Of a stretch of DNA of 64,000 bases, positions 1-10,284 are shown one piece after another (the stretch's first letter is position 1; every line of letters starts with the position of its first letter). Origin of the DNA: Vicugna vicugna. Its lineage: Eukaryota. The translations under genes and the position numbers were made by a program. A model generated the notes under the pieces. The model was not told the origin of the DNA, ran no database searches, and saw nothing but the letters and a program-made list of their open reading frames with translations. The stretch is taken from contig MU057809.1 in assembly GCA_013265495.1 (NCBI GenBank), positions 1,603,062 to 1,667,061 on the forward strand, written 5' to 3'.

Positions 1-300
1 TATTTATAACTGTTACAACTTCCTAGTGGATCGACACCTCAATCATTATGAAACGGCTTCTTTATTTCCAGTAACACTTTTGTTTTAAAGTCTATTTAGT
101 CTGATGTTAGCCACTCCAGCTCCTTTATGATTCTTGTTAGCACAGTGTGTCTTTCCAGCCTTTTACTTTCAGCCTCTTCGTACCTTTGGGTGTAAGCTTT
201 TTCTCCTGTAGACGGTAAACAGGTGATCTTGCTGTTTTAATCTAATCTGACAACCACTTAATTTGTATTGGTTTATTCATTTTAAACTGTGTATATATTA
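1..300 (-). mobile_element. Old L1 (L1M) ORF2 endonuclease-region fragment
   Basis: TTAAAGTCTATTTAGTCTGATGTTAGCCACTCCAGCT and CCTTTTACTTTCAGCC resemble the antisense of the start of L1 ORF2. Confidence 0.75.
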
Positions 301-377
301 TTCCATTGCAAAAATAAGCGATAATTTACTAAAATTCCTGGAATCTGCAGATTGATGAGTGTGAATGTATTTTGCAT

Positions 378-1035
378 GATGACTCCTGGGTAAGGGGCCT
401 CTAGGAGCTTCAGAATGGGGGCCGGTAGCCAGAAAAACCAAGCAGGTGACTAGAGGGTTATAACTTTCAGCCCCGCAGCCCAACCTCTGGGGAGGGGAGA
501 GAGGCTAGAGACTGAGTCCAGTCACCAACAGTGGATGATTTAATCAATCATGCTTACGTGATAAAGCCCTGGTAAAATTCCCAAACCAGTGGGGCTCAAA
601 GAGCATCCAAACCTCTGAATGCATGCACACGGCGGGGGGAGGCACTCCTCAGCTCCCTGGGGACAGGCTCCTGTGCTCGGGACCCTTCCAGACCTCCTCA
701 CGTGTGTTTTCATTTGGATCCTTTAAAATAAACTGCTCTACTAAGTACAGTGTTTTCCTGAGTTCTGCGAATCATCCCAGCAAATTACTGAACCTGGCGA
801 GGAGGCTGTGAGAAACGCTGTTTACAGCTGCCGACTATGATAGTGCAGGTGGCCCTGGGACTGGAGCTGACGTCTGGAGTGGGGGCTGGAGCCTGTAACC
901 CCTGGCGTCTTTCTAACTCTGGGAAGTTAGTGCCAGAATTGAATTGTTGGACACCCAGTTGTGTCAGAGAATTGGTTGATGCGTGAAAAAATAACACATA
1001 TTTGGTGTCAGAAAAACACTGCACATTTGGTGTTG
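378..1035 (+). mobile_element. MER21-like LTR
   Basis: Blocks TTTAATCAATCATGCTTACGTG, GTGTTTTCCTGAGTTCTG...CAGCAAATTA, CAGAATTGAATTG...GGACACCCAG and ATTTGGTGTCAGAA resemble the MER21 consensus. Confidence 0.75.
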
Positions 1036-1599
1036 GAAAAGTATCACAATACAGTATAAAATCATCTCTGTAATCCAACACCTATAATTATGTAGGGGTG
1101 TGTGTGCGCGCGTGTGAAAAGGAGAGAAATAGTGAGGGGGAGGGGAGGGAGAGGCAGGAGGGGAAAAGTTTGAGAGGATGTGGTCACCCTAATCTGATTA
1201 CGTCTAAGAAGTGGAATGAATTCTGATCCGAGGTTAGCGGTCAAGGAGGGCTTGGACATTACACGTTTCAGTGTTCACAACAAACATGCATCAATGTATT
1301 GTATAGTTTGAAAACAGAAAAAAAGAAAAGTGAACAAACATGAGAAGCCAGGCCTAGGGCAACAGATACACCAGTATCCAACGTTTGCCTTCCTACTCAT
1401 ACCCTCTCCGATGGCTGCAGCCCTGGTATCTCGTTTGTATCGAATAAGCGCTCCGGCCACGGCTGACCGACCCGCCCCAGGGGGACCAGCCCCGGCAGGT
1501 CGCAGTGGTCAAATCCCCTGGCCTGGGAATTTCATACGAGCCAGAGCGACAGTGGGGCGGGTGAGTGTGCGGAGGGAACGGAGCTAGCAGGTGGCATCT

Positions 1600-1895
1600 G
1601 GGTGGCCGTGGAGGCTAGAACTTGGCCACTGTAAAGCAGAGACCAGGGCAGAGAAGGTGTCAGGAGGCAGAGCAAGCTGGTTTGCTGGGTGAAGCTGCAG
1701 TGAGAGACCCCCAGGGGCCACGCGAAGTGGAAGAAATCATCTCTCTGGGTGGATAACTCAGCTTCCCAACCATGGAAGCCTTGGCCACAGGTGACGTCCG
1801 GTCCTTGCTGAGGCCTTCAGTCACCTCGCCATTAGTTTGGGCTGGCCTGAGTGGGCTTGGGCTATGTGCAACTCAAGAGCCTTAAGTAAAAATAC
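1600..1895 (+). mobile_element. Old MaLR LTR (MLT1K/L-like), 3' part
   Basis: End GGCCTGAGTGGGCTTGGGCTATGTGCAACTCAAGAGCC resembles MLT1K/L 3' ends; highly diverged. Confidence 0.4.
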
Positions 1896-2439
1896 ACACT
1901 TGCTGTATGAGCAACAACTGATGTGAAGAGGTTAAAAATGAGGACGCTCCCTCCGATGAACTGTGCACGGACAGCAGCGACTTTGCAGCCAGGAGTCCTG
2001 AACTCTACAAGCCCCTTGGCTCACGCAGAGCACCGGCCACCTGGGTCACCTGGGGAGAGACTGTGGCTCAGTGCAACATCACGATGCCCCGACAATCACT
2101 CTCTGACATCGCGTCAGAACAGTCATTTCTATAGAGGAAAACACATTTACCTTTAAAGTGCCAACATCCCAAGACCTTGATTGCACAAGTGATTTACTGA
2201 ATGTGTGGCTGGCACTGCGTTGTTTATACAAGTCACCCCCTGCCCTTCCTGCTTGTGCAATCCCTGTTTTATTCAGGAATCAGGTGGCCTCGTGCTTTTT
2301 GGGAGGTTGGGCAGCTTCTAAGCTGCCAGGAGCGGATCTTGTTTGGTCTCTACCAGCGGTGTCAGAATGAGCATTGAAGTGCTTTAGGGCCAGCAGAACC
2401 GTCAGGAAAGTCTGCTGGGGGCAATTCTGGTGCTTTCCT

Positions 2440-2760
2440 TGACCTCTGACAGGAACACAAGGAAAGGATAAGGTCATCGAGCATTGGGATGTTAGCACAT
2501 GAAGGTATGTGTGATGCTGGGGGTTGCTGCAGCCATCCTGTGACCTGAGGACAGAAGCTAACAGCCCCAGATGACAGAGCAAAGAGATGGAAAGAACCTG
2601 GGTCTTTGATGATGTCACCTCCTGGGCACTGAACTAACCAGCACTGGATCCCTCACACCGCTGGAGAACTTCACATGTAAGATGACATGCTCTTTGCCCT
2701 ACCTAAGCCGTTTAGAATCGGGTCTCCTGTCACTTGCAGCACAACGCCTCCCAACTGATA
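2440..2760 (+). mobile_element. MaLR LTR (MLT1I/J-like)
   Basis: GCTGCAGCCATCCTGTGACC, AGATGGAAAGAACCTGGGTCTTTGATGA and CTGTCACTTGCAGC...AACTGATA. Confidence 0.7.
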
Positions 2761-3302
2761 GACGCAGCTTCTTAGTACAGAGACTTGCTAAGCACGGTGA
2801 GTGCACAGGAGAACTGAGGATCAGGTGTTAGCATGCTTCTGCTTTGGGGGAGTGGCAAAGCCCTTTTTCCAAAACAGAGATCGAAGGGACCCTTCTACCT
2901 TATGCACGAGGAAATCACAGGACCCGATCTAGTCCAAGCCCGCCCCATCAGTAACACCGCGTGCGTCCCGGCCGCAAGCGACGCTGGTGACGCAGGACTC
3001 CTGAGCTGACTGCTCGAGTCAGTGCTCTGGCAGTGGGGCCTGTTCTTCCCGGAGGTGTGAACACCCACCCCGCGCTGAGTGCTGTGCTGGGGGCAGGGAA
3101 TGCAGAGAAGTGGCCAGCGTGGCCCCTGCCCTGTGGGGCACTAGAGTTTGACGGTAAGAGTGGGTGCCTGCACCGCACCTGCGGAAGGGGCAGCGGTGAA
3201 CCCTGCCAGCGGGATGAAATGCCCTCAGGGTTGGACAGCTACTGTGTGCCAGCCGCCGTATCAGTCACCTCCTGAATATCCATCCCCTCCCGTCAGTCCC
3301 CT

Positions 3303-3643
3303 TGTGGACTGAACTGTGTCCCCCCAAATCCAGATGTTCAGGCCCTAATCCTCCACGTGGGTATCTGGGGACGAGGCCTCTGGGGCGCGTCAGACTGAGA
3401 TGTGGTCTCGAGGATGGGGCCCACGATGGGATTAGCACCCTGGAGAGCGTGCTCCCTGTCCGCCAGGGGAGCACATGGCGAGGAGGCAGATGTCGGCCAG
3501 TCAGTGAGCTCTCACCAGGACCCAAATCGGCTGGCACTTTGATTTTGGATTTCCAGCCTCCAGAAGAGTGAGAAATAAAGGTCAGCTGTTTAAGCCTTTC
3601 AGTCTCTGGTATCTTGTTCTGGTGGCCAGGGCCGACAAAGACA
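3303..3643 (+). mobile_element. MaLR LTR (MLT1A-like), near full length
   Basis: Starts TGTGGACTGAACTGTGTCCCCCCAAA; contains GCTGGCACTTTGATTTTGGATTTCCAGCCTCCAGAAGAGTGAGAAATAAA; ends AAGACA. Confidence 0.85.
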
Positions 3644-4790
3644 AGGAAGCAGCCCAGAGAACTTGCTCGAGGCCACACGGCGCGTACAAAGCTGTGTTCC
3701 CGCCTGCGCCTCCCTGGTGCCAAGGCTCTGCTCTGAGGTTCCTCTCCTTACACGGCAGCTGGCATTTTGAGGGGGAGTTTGCTCTGCAAGCGGAGGTAGA
3801 TCAGAGCAGCCGAGTGAAGTATTAGCGTTCACACAGCGCAGAAGCTGAGCTGGGAGGAACATGGCTGGGCCACCTGCTCCCACTGGGGGACTGAAGACTA
3901 AGGGGTTCAGTGACTCACACACAGGCACCTGTCAGTGGTCGACAGCAGCTCTCGGATTGGACCACACGCTGACCTGACCTAGTAGGAGTGAGCATGGATG
4001 TCACACACCACAGCCTTCCCGCCTTGGTGTGATGCCTACAGAAACTAGCCCGTCCATCAGGCAGACGCGTGCCTTCAGCAGTGGCATCGTGTATCCAAGA
4101 CACCTGGACACCACACGGACGTCCTGACGGTAGAGAAGATAAATAACGTGGAGCGCCTCCCTCTGCCTGGAACCCTCCGCTCGCTGCTCCCCCAGCGAGC
4201 CTCAGGTCGCCCTCACTTTGTACTGATTTCACACAAAGGAGTGACGTGTGACGCACCTGGCATGTGGTCGGTGCGCAGCAGACAGCAGCTGCCCTCCTGC
4301 TCCTGAGCTCTGACTTCTACTCCTTCTGCCTGGGGCTGGTCCTTCCCTGAGCCAGTCTCCTTCTGGATGTGGAGTCGTGATGGCCAGGGTCTGTAAGAGG
4401 AAAGATAATCTGGCTTGGCACAAGGGCAGGGGCTGGGAAAGAGAACCGTTCACGGACCAAAGGGGCGCCCTGCTTCAGAAGAGGAGGCCAGACGGTTTGG
4501 GGACCTGCGTCTCTCCAGGGAACCCTGCTGCAGTGGACCACGGCCTGCAACTGCTGGGGGAGAAGGGCTTTTGTTCCCACCCCCGGAGGGCCTGGAAACC
4601 ATGGCCCCAGGTCCCAGGACTCTGGGGGTGGAGAGGAGGCCAGGTGGTGACTTTGGGGTTGCTCATGGCCGGGTGGAGGCACTTTAGGGGTCTTGGGTAG
4701 CAGACTGGCAAAGTGGAAATGTTCTCATCAGCGATGAGCTCATCAGGTCGAAAGCATCGGACCACACTCCCGGGTCCAGAAGAGTCCCTT

Positions 4791-5310
4791 TGTGACAGGA
4801 AGGAAGGGGGCAGGGCACAAGCACTGAAGGAAGGACACAGCCACTGAGGACAGGACACACTGGTTAGAGCCAGGATGGTGGAAGATGCCGCTCCCAGTGG
4901 ACCTGGGGCCTCACTGTACGCTCACTGCAATACAGTAGCTGCCAAGTGACACACCTACAGGCGCCGTGACAGTTCCCAGGCTGATGGTGAAAGGCCCCAA
5001 AGTGGGTGGGGCTCCAAGTCCTGAAAAAGCCCTGCCCCTTCCCCAAAACAGTTGGAATAATCCTCCCATTGGTTACCATACGCAATTACCCGGCCGTAAA
5101 AACTAGCCACGCCCACACCTCGGGGCCCCTCCCCTCCGGAGACACACCCGTTCAGTCTACGGAGTGTGCATCTCCACGGCCGCGTCTCTTGCCTTCTGAG
5201 ACGGCCCCCCTCCGCCTATGGAGTGTGTATCTCCCTGAACAAACCTGCTTCCAGTCTGTCACGACTCGCTCTTGAACCCTTCTTGCACGAGACAAGACCC
5301 TGCCTCCAGC
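4791..5310 (+). mobile_element. MER41-like ERV1 solo LTR (cetartiodactyl type)
   Basis: TGTGACAGGAAGGAAGGGGGCAGGGCACAA start, GGCGCCGTGACAGTT, GGAATAATCCTCCC, GCCTATGGAGTG and GACTCGCTCTTGAACCCTTCTTGCACGAGA follow MER41-family organisation; internal ~45-bp imperfect duplication (5131-5175 / 5191-5234). Confidence 0.7.
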
Positions 5311-5319
5311 CACACCTTC

Positions 5320-5900
5320 GCTGTGCGTTACGTCTCGGCCCCACTCGCCGTGGGTCTGGGCGGGAGCACGCCGTAACCTCCCCAGGGCGGCGTCCTCGCG
5401 GCCTCTCCAGGAGCCCAGCCGCGGCTGCGAGTTTGGGGGAGGGGGCGGTAAGGGAGGCGGGGGAGGGGGTGGGGGGAGGCGCACGCCCGAGGAGGCGAGG
5501 AGGGGCCGGCACCTGTCCTGACAGCTGCCAGGGTCCCTTGGTGGGGGACGGCACCACTCGGGGTGACGGGGAACCCGGGACGCCATCATTTAATCAGGAA
5601 CTTGCTTGGTTTTGGCTTTGAGGGTTAATCGCAGGTGACACCGGACCTCCCGGGGCCGACAGAAGCTCTTCTTGTCGGCTGTCAGCTTGGAGCGGAGCGA
5701 GCTGCCACAGACCCTCGCCGCGGGGGGCGGCGGCGACGTGCTTCTCTGGAGGACACCGCCTCCTCGGCCTCCTCGGCCTCCTCACCCTCCTCACGGCCTC
5801 CCTGCTCCGCGGCTGGGCGGGCGAGGGCTGGGGGGCAGGGGATGTGCAGGGCCGGCCGAAGGCCCCAGCCTGGATCCGCAGGGCCACCCGCAGCCCAAGG
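5320..5900. promoter_or_regulatory. CpG-island-like region with G-run cluster and 9-bp tandem repeat
   Basis: High GC and CpG density; G runs at 5435-5480; (CCTCCTCGG)n-like repeat at 5758-5801. Confidence 0.65.
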
Positions 5901-6639
5901 AACAGAGGCACAGGGGAAAGACGGGTCTCTGCATTTGCGTTTTTCTTCTTTTAGAATTGGAAGGAAAAGCTTTAAGGAAATTAATTGTCAGAGAGGTTTT
6001 TACTGCAGGAAAGGGAAAGCAGGTTTGCACAACGACCTGACGTGCCACAGAGGCTGGGAAAAACCGAGGCACAAGGCACCCAGTAATGAGGCAGGACTCT
6101 CTACTTCTGCCCCTGGAATTTTGAGAAGTTGGTCCTAAGGTCGAGGAGAATGTAGAGACTGACTCACAGGTACAACATTCAACTGGGGGAGACGTCAGCC
6201 CCGCCCTGCGGTCCGTTTCCTGTGCCAGGCACGTTGCCAAGCCTAGCTGCTCAAGAACCCTCCGAGAGGGGCGGCATCACCACCACCAGCGGCGCCACCA
6301 TCGCTGAGAAAACCAACCCCGGGAGAGGCCCAGAGCCACGCAACCACCATGGGAGGCAGGGTTTGGCCCTCCTCTTAACCACTGCCACACGGCTCCTAGG
6401 ATTGCCTTTTCAAAAAAAGTTTTATCTTCTAAATGACTGAAGTATCACAGTAACACACAAGCCTGAGACAGAAGAGAAAGAAAGCTCCAAGATGGCACTC
6501 TGGGTAAAAAGAGAAGAGTCGGCTGTTTCGTGAGAGACGAGCTCCCCATCACAGGTGCTGTTCAAGCACCATCAGCCAGCGATCCTTCACCCTGCGGGGA
6601 GGCCCATTAGGGGCTCGGACACCGTCTTTGTTGCCCTCC

Positions 6640-8285
6640 ACAGAAGAACAAACAGAGAGGCAGGGATCATTCGATGTTTGAGGAAAGTCTCCACGGGAAA
6701 GGAAGAGATCAAAAGAGACAAACTGATGCCAGGAACCTGCAGGAGGCAGACAATGCACAGAATAGGAGAAAACTGAAAAAAACACCATCCGAGAATTAAA
6801 ATCCATGAAGAGATTAGATGTTGCAGCATAGTTGGGTGCTTTGACAAGGGAACAATCAAAGAACAAGAAAGAGTTCTTAGTGATTAAAGTAGCAGAAGTT
6901 GATAGTCAATAGAAAGTCTTGAAGCTAGAGGTGAGGATATCTACCCAAAAGTTAATAAAAAGTTTAAAGAGAAGGAAGATAAGAAAGGGGGGGGAGGATG
7001 GGAAGTAAGGTCAACTTAGAAGGTCTAATATCCAATAAATAGAAATCTTAGAAAGAGATGACAGAAGTTATGCTTCTTTTCTTGTATATCTTTTGGGGAT
7101 ATGATATCAGTTATGGGATGAAATTATCAGAGAAAATAGTATTAGAGGATTCTCCAAACGTAAAAACGGGAGTCTTCAGGTTTGAAGGGCCTTTGGGTGC
7201 TCAGTGTCGGTACAATCAATGGAGAAGAACCTTCTCAGGCTGTCATTCTGAAATTTCAGGGCACCAGGCAGTAAGAGAACCTTGAGAGAGACCCTCAAGG
7301 CTTCCTGGGAGAAAACATCAGGTCACATGCAAAGGACCAGGAGTAAGTTTGGCTCCAGATCTTTCAGGAGTAACACTGGAAGCTGGGAGGCAATGAGGTG
7401 ATGCCTTCACATTTCTGATGGAAAATACTTCTAAACCTAGGATTCTGTACCCACCCAAACTATTACATGTGAAAAGAGAACAATGTTATTTTCAGAAAAG
7501 TGAAGACTCTATAAACATTAAGCTCTTGTGCACCTTTTCTAAGAAGCTACTGGAGGATGTGCTCCAGTAAAATGAGGGGATAAAACAATAAAGAGGGAGG
7601 TACAGAGGCCAGGAGACAGAGCAGCAAGGACAGTTCCAAGATGAGAGGGATGCAGCAAGAAGGAGCTAGCCACGATTACGGTGGGATCCCAGCGGGACCA
7701 CTAGAGGGGAGAGTGCCCGGGGAAAACGCTGAATGGTTATCTGACGTATTTGGTAATTTAAGAAATAATAGTATTAGGAAAATGATGGGTCTGAGAGTCA
7801 GAAAAAAATTGAGGTCAGAGATGTTAAAAAAAACTCAGCAAACAAACAAAGAAAAAAGAGAGACAATACTAACTTTGGGAAAAACCGAAGAGATAAGAAA
7901 GGAAATATAATCACAACATACAACTTGCCTCAACATGGACAATATTTATGCAGTCATGATAATGTAACACATAAAACTGACCTAAATGTGCAGAGAGAAT
8001 GGAGGGAGGGAAGTTCATGGAGTGGGTACTAGTAAAATGGAGCTAAATTATCATCTACCTAATAGTATGTCAATAAATAATGTCTTCAAGCTGACATATC
8101 AATAAACAGCAATGACAGTATTTAGAAATGAAGAGGTAGAGTTAGCAGTGGCTGCCTCTGGGGGTCGGGACTGGGGACGGTGCCGGCCAAGTCAGAAATG
8201 GATGTTTTTCATTACAAGCCTACTTTACTTTTTAACTCTGCATGCATGACATATGTATTTATCATGTTAAAAAAATAAAAATAAC
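6640..8285 (+). mobile_element. HAL1 (half-L1, ORF1-only) element, large decayed copy
   Basis: GAACAATCAAAGAACAAGAAAGAG, GTCTTCAGGTTTGAAGGGCC, AACCTAGGATTCTGTACCCACCCAAACT, GAGGATGTGCTCCAGTAAAATGAGGG, HAL1-type 3' end GTGGCTGCCTCTGGGG and A-rich tail. Confidence 0.8.
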
Positions 8286-8338
8286 ATTCACCAATAGTTG
8301 GAAATCTGGACAACGCATTTAAGTATAAAGAACCAATC

Positions 8339-8484
8339 GGCGGGAGGCTATAGCTCAAGTGGCAGAGCGCATGCTTAGCACGCACAACGTCCTGGGTTCA
8401 ATCCCCACTACCTCCTCTAGAGATAAATAAATAAGCAAACCTAATTACCTCCCCCACTGAAAAAAAACAAAAAAACAAAAAAAC
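8339..8484 (+). mobile_element. Camelid tRNA-Ala-derived SINE (vic-1 type)
   Basis: tRNA-like head with A box TAGCTCAAGTGG, anticodon-loop remnant CTTAGCA, B box GGTTCAATCCC, tail AAACCTAATTACCTCCCCC plus A-rich run; TSD AAAGAACCAATC (8327-8338) / AAACAACCAATC (8481-8492). Confidence 0.9.
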
Positions 8485-8574
8485 AACCAATCAGTTACCT
8501 CCATCCCGTGCACATGTGCTGTATTCCATCTTCGGTTAATGCTAGTGAGACAGCTCAGCCCTTTGTAAACCAGA

Positions 8575-8760
8575 AGCGCTGACTGTGTGCTGGGCACTTT
8601 ACAGATGCCACCTTGCCTAAACTTCACAGGAGCTTGATAAAGTAGGTTTTATTATTCCCATTTTAGGATGAGGAGGTCAGACGAGAGAGTTAATAATGGG
8701 GGGAGATCCCACAGCCACTAAGTGGCAGAGCAGGGATTCCAACTCAACACTCACTGACTC
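8575..8760 (-). mobile_element. MIR SINE
   Basis: ATTATTCCCATTTTAGGATGAGGAG and AAGTGGCAGAGCAGGGATTCCAACTC match the antisense MIR core. Confidence 0.75.
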
Positions 8761-8934
8761 ATCTAATCTTAATTGAACTAGCAATCCTCACAGCTAACAC
8801 TTAACTTACTAAGCACAGCATCCAATCTAACCAACCAGATACCCTGCTTCCTGGCTCCATATCTTCCTCTTTTTTGCTTTATTCCCTCATTTTGCTGGAG
8901 CATGTCCTCTAACAGCTGTCGAGGAAAAGGCAGG

Positions 8935-9048
8935 TGCTACAGGCAGACACCGTGCTGAATGCTCCATGTGGACCATCTCAGTCAACACAACAAGCCTATG
9001 AGGTGGAAACTATGACTACCCCCATTTTATAGAAGAGGAAACACAGCG
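8935..9048 (-). mobile_element. MIR SINE fragment
   Basis: CCTATGAGGTGGAAACTATGACTACCCCCATTTTATAGAAGAGGAAAC. Confidence 0.7.
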
Positions 9049-9117
9049 AGAGTGGTCCGGCTGCCTGCCACCTGTCTGCCTCAGCTCTGCTTCCTCCTGC
9101 CCACCCTCCCCTGCCAA

Positions 9118-9186
9118 GCAGAGCTCAGCACAGGGCCTTACTCTTAGTAGGTGTGCAATATATATTTGTTGGGTGAATAAATGAAA
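9118..9186 (+). mobile_element. L2 3' end
   Basis: CAGCACAGGGCC...TAGTAGGTGTGCAATATATATTTGTTGGGTGAATAAATGAA. Confidence 0.65.
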
Positions 9187-9821
9187 ATCAGATGCTGATT
9201 AAAATAAACCACAAGGCTGCTATCACTCCAAGTCAGAGACTGCCAAGCCCTTTGGAAACGAGCTGTCTTTGTGGGACACACGCCTCTTCCCTCCGAGAGC
9301 CGCCCCGGCATAGAAGCTCTGGAATGAGAGAGGGTCAACGGTCAGTGAGATAAATGCGTCTCTGGTTAATTGATCTGCCTGGGTGATTGCAGTGAGAGGC
9401 TTGAGATGGAGGGTTTAATTATTCCAATGAAACCTCCATTTAATTGAAAGGACTTCTGGCAAAAAAAAGAGGAAAAAGATGATTGCACAGGATGATCTAC
9501 TGCCTGCGAGGAAGGGCTGAGGAGACCCTGGGACGCACCAGCGCTCAGCCGTCTCCGGGAGCTCTGTGGAAGAGAACCGCCGGTCCTTCCTCGGCAGTCC
9601 CTTTCATTCCTCCAAAAAGGGCTCTCAGAGAAGCAGCTAGAAAACCCCCTGCACAGTTCTTCCCTGGCAGCCCAGCCGACTGTCCAACCTCTGTCTCAGC
9701 TCCTCCAACAGAAATATCGAGATGGTAATATTCCCCGTGAATGAACACGGGAAGAGCAGTCAGCAGGGCGTCACTGATACATATTTTGAAAGCAGCAATT
9801 ATCATTTTAAACGTGCAGTGG

Positions 9822-10284
9822 AGTGGCAGACACAGCCAGGTGCCGACCCAACATCCCTTCTCCCTCACTTAGCAGCAGAACGCCAGTTTTGTCTGCAGTG
9901 TTACTGTGCCCATCTCTGAACTCCGCATTTCCAGCCTCCCTTGCAGCTAGAAGTGTGCCTGTGTGGCACAGTTCTGCCAGCGAGTTTCTGGGTGAGGCAT
10001 CTAGGAAGGCGACGTAGAGGGGGCATCAGATGAGAGGCGCCCTTTACTTGTTCTGTTCTTCCTACCTGGAATGTGGATGCAATGCTTGGAAGCAGAGCAG
10101 CTACCTTGTGAGCACGAAGACAAAGGCTACACTCCAGGTAAGGCTGCACAGGGCACTATAAGGACGCTGGGTCTCAGCGAATCTTCGCGGTCCTGGGTCC
10201 GAGAAGAATAAAGTCCCTCGCATGCATAAAACTTCGATTCTGTTTCTATTTCTTGTAGCCAAAAATTATCCTCGCAGATATACA
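9822..10284 (+). mobile_element. MaLR LTR (MLT1J-like), near full length
   Basis: Starts GTGGCAGACACAG; contains CATTTCCAGCCTCCCTTGCAGCTAG and CCTACCTGGAATGTGGATGC; ends GATATACA. Confidence 0.75.

Noticed and set aside
5655..5679. Hairpin GCCGACAGAAG/CTTCTTGTCGGC as a miRNA or structured RNA
   Set aside because: Too short for a pre-miRNA, and readily expected by chance in GC-rich DNA
6640..8285. HAL1 as a functional ORF1-like gene
   Set aside because: Multiple stops and frameshifts; only short ORFs remain
8339..8415. tRNA-Ala(AGC) gene
   Set aside because: Followed by a SINE tail and A-rich run, flanked by a TSD, and a second diverged copy occurs at 57.2 kb; it is a tRNA-derived SINE
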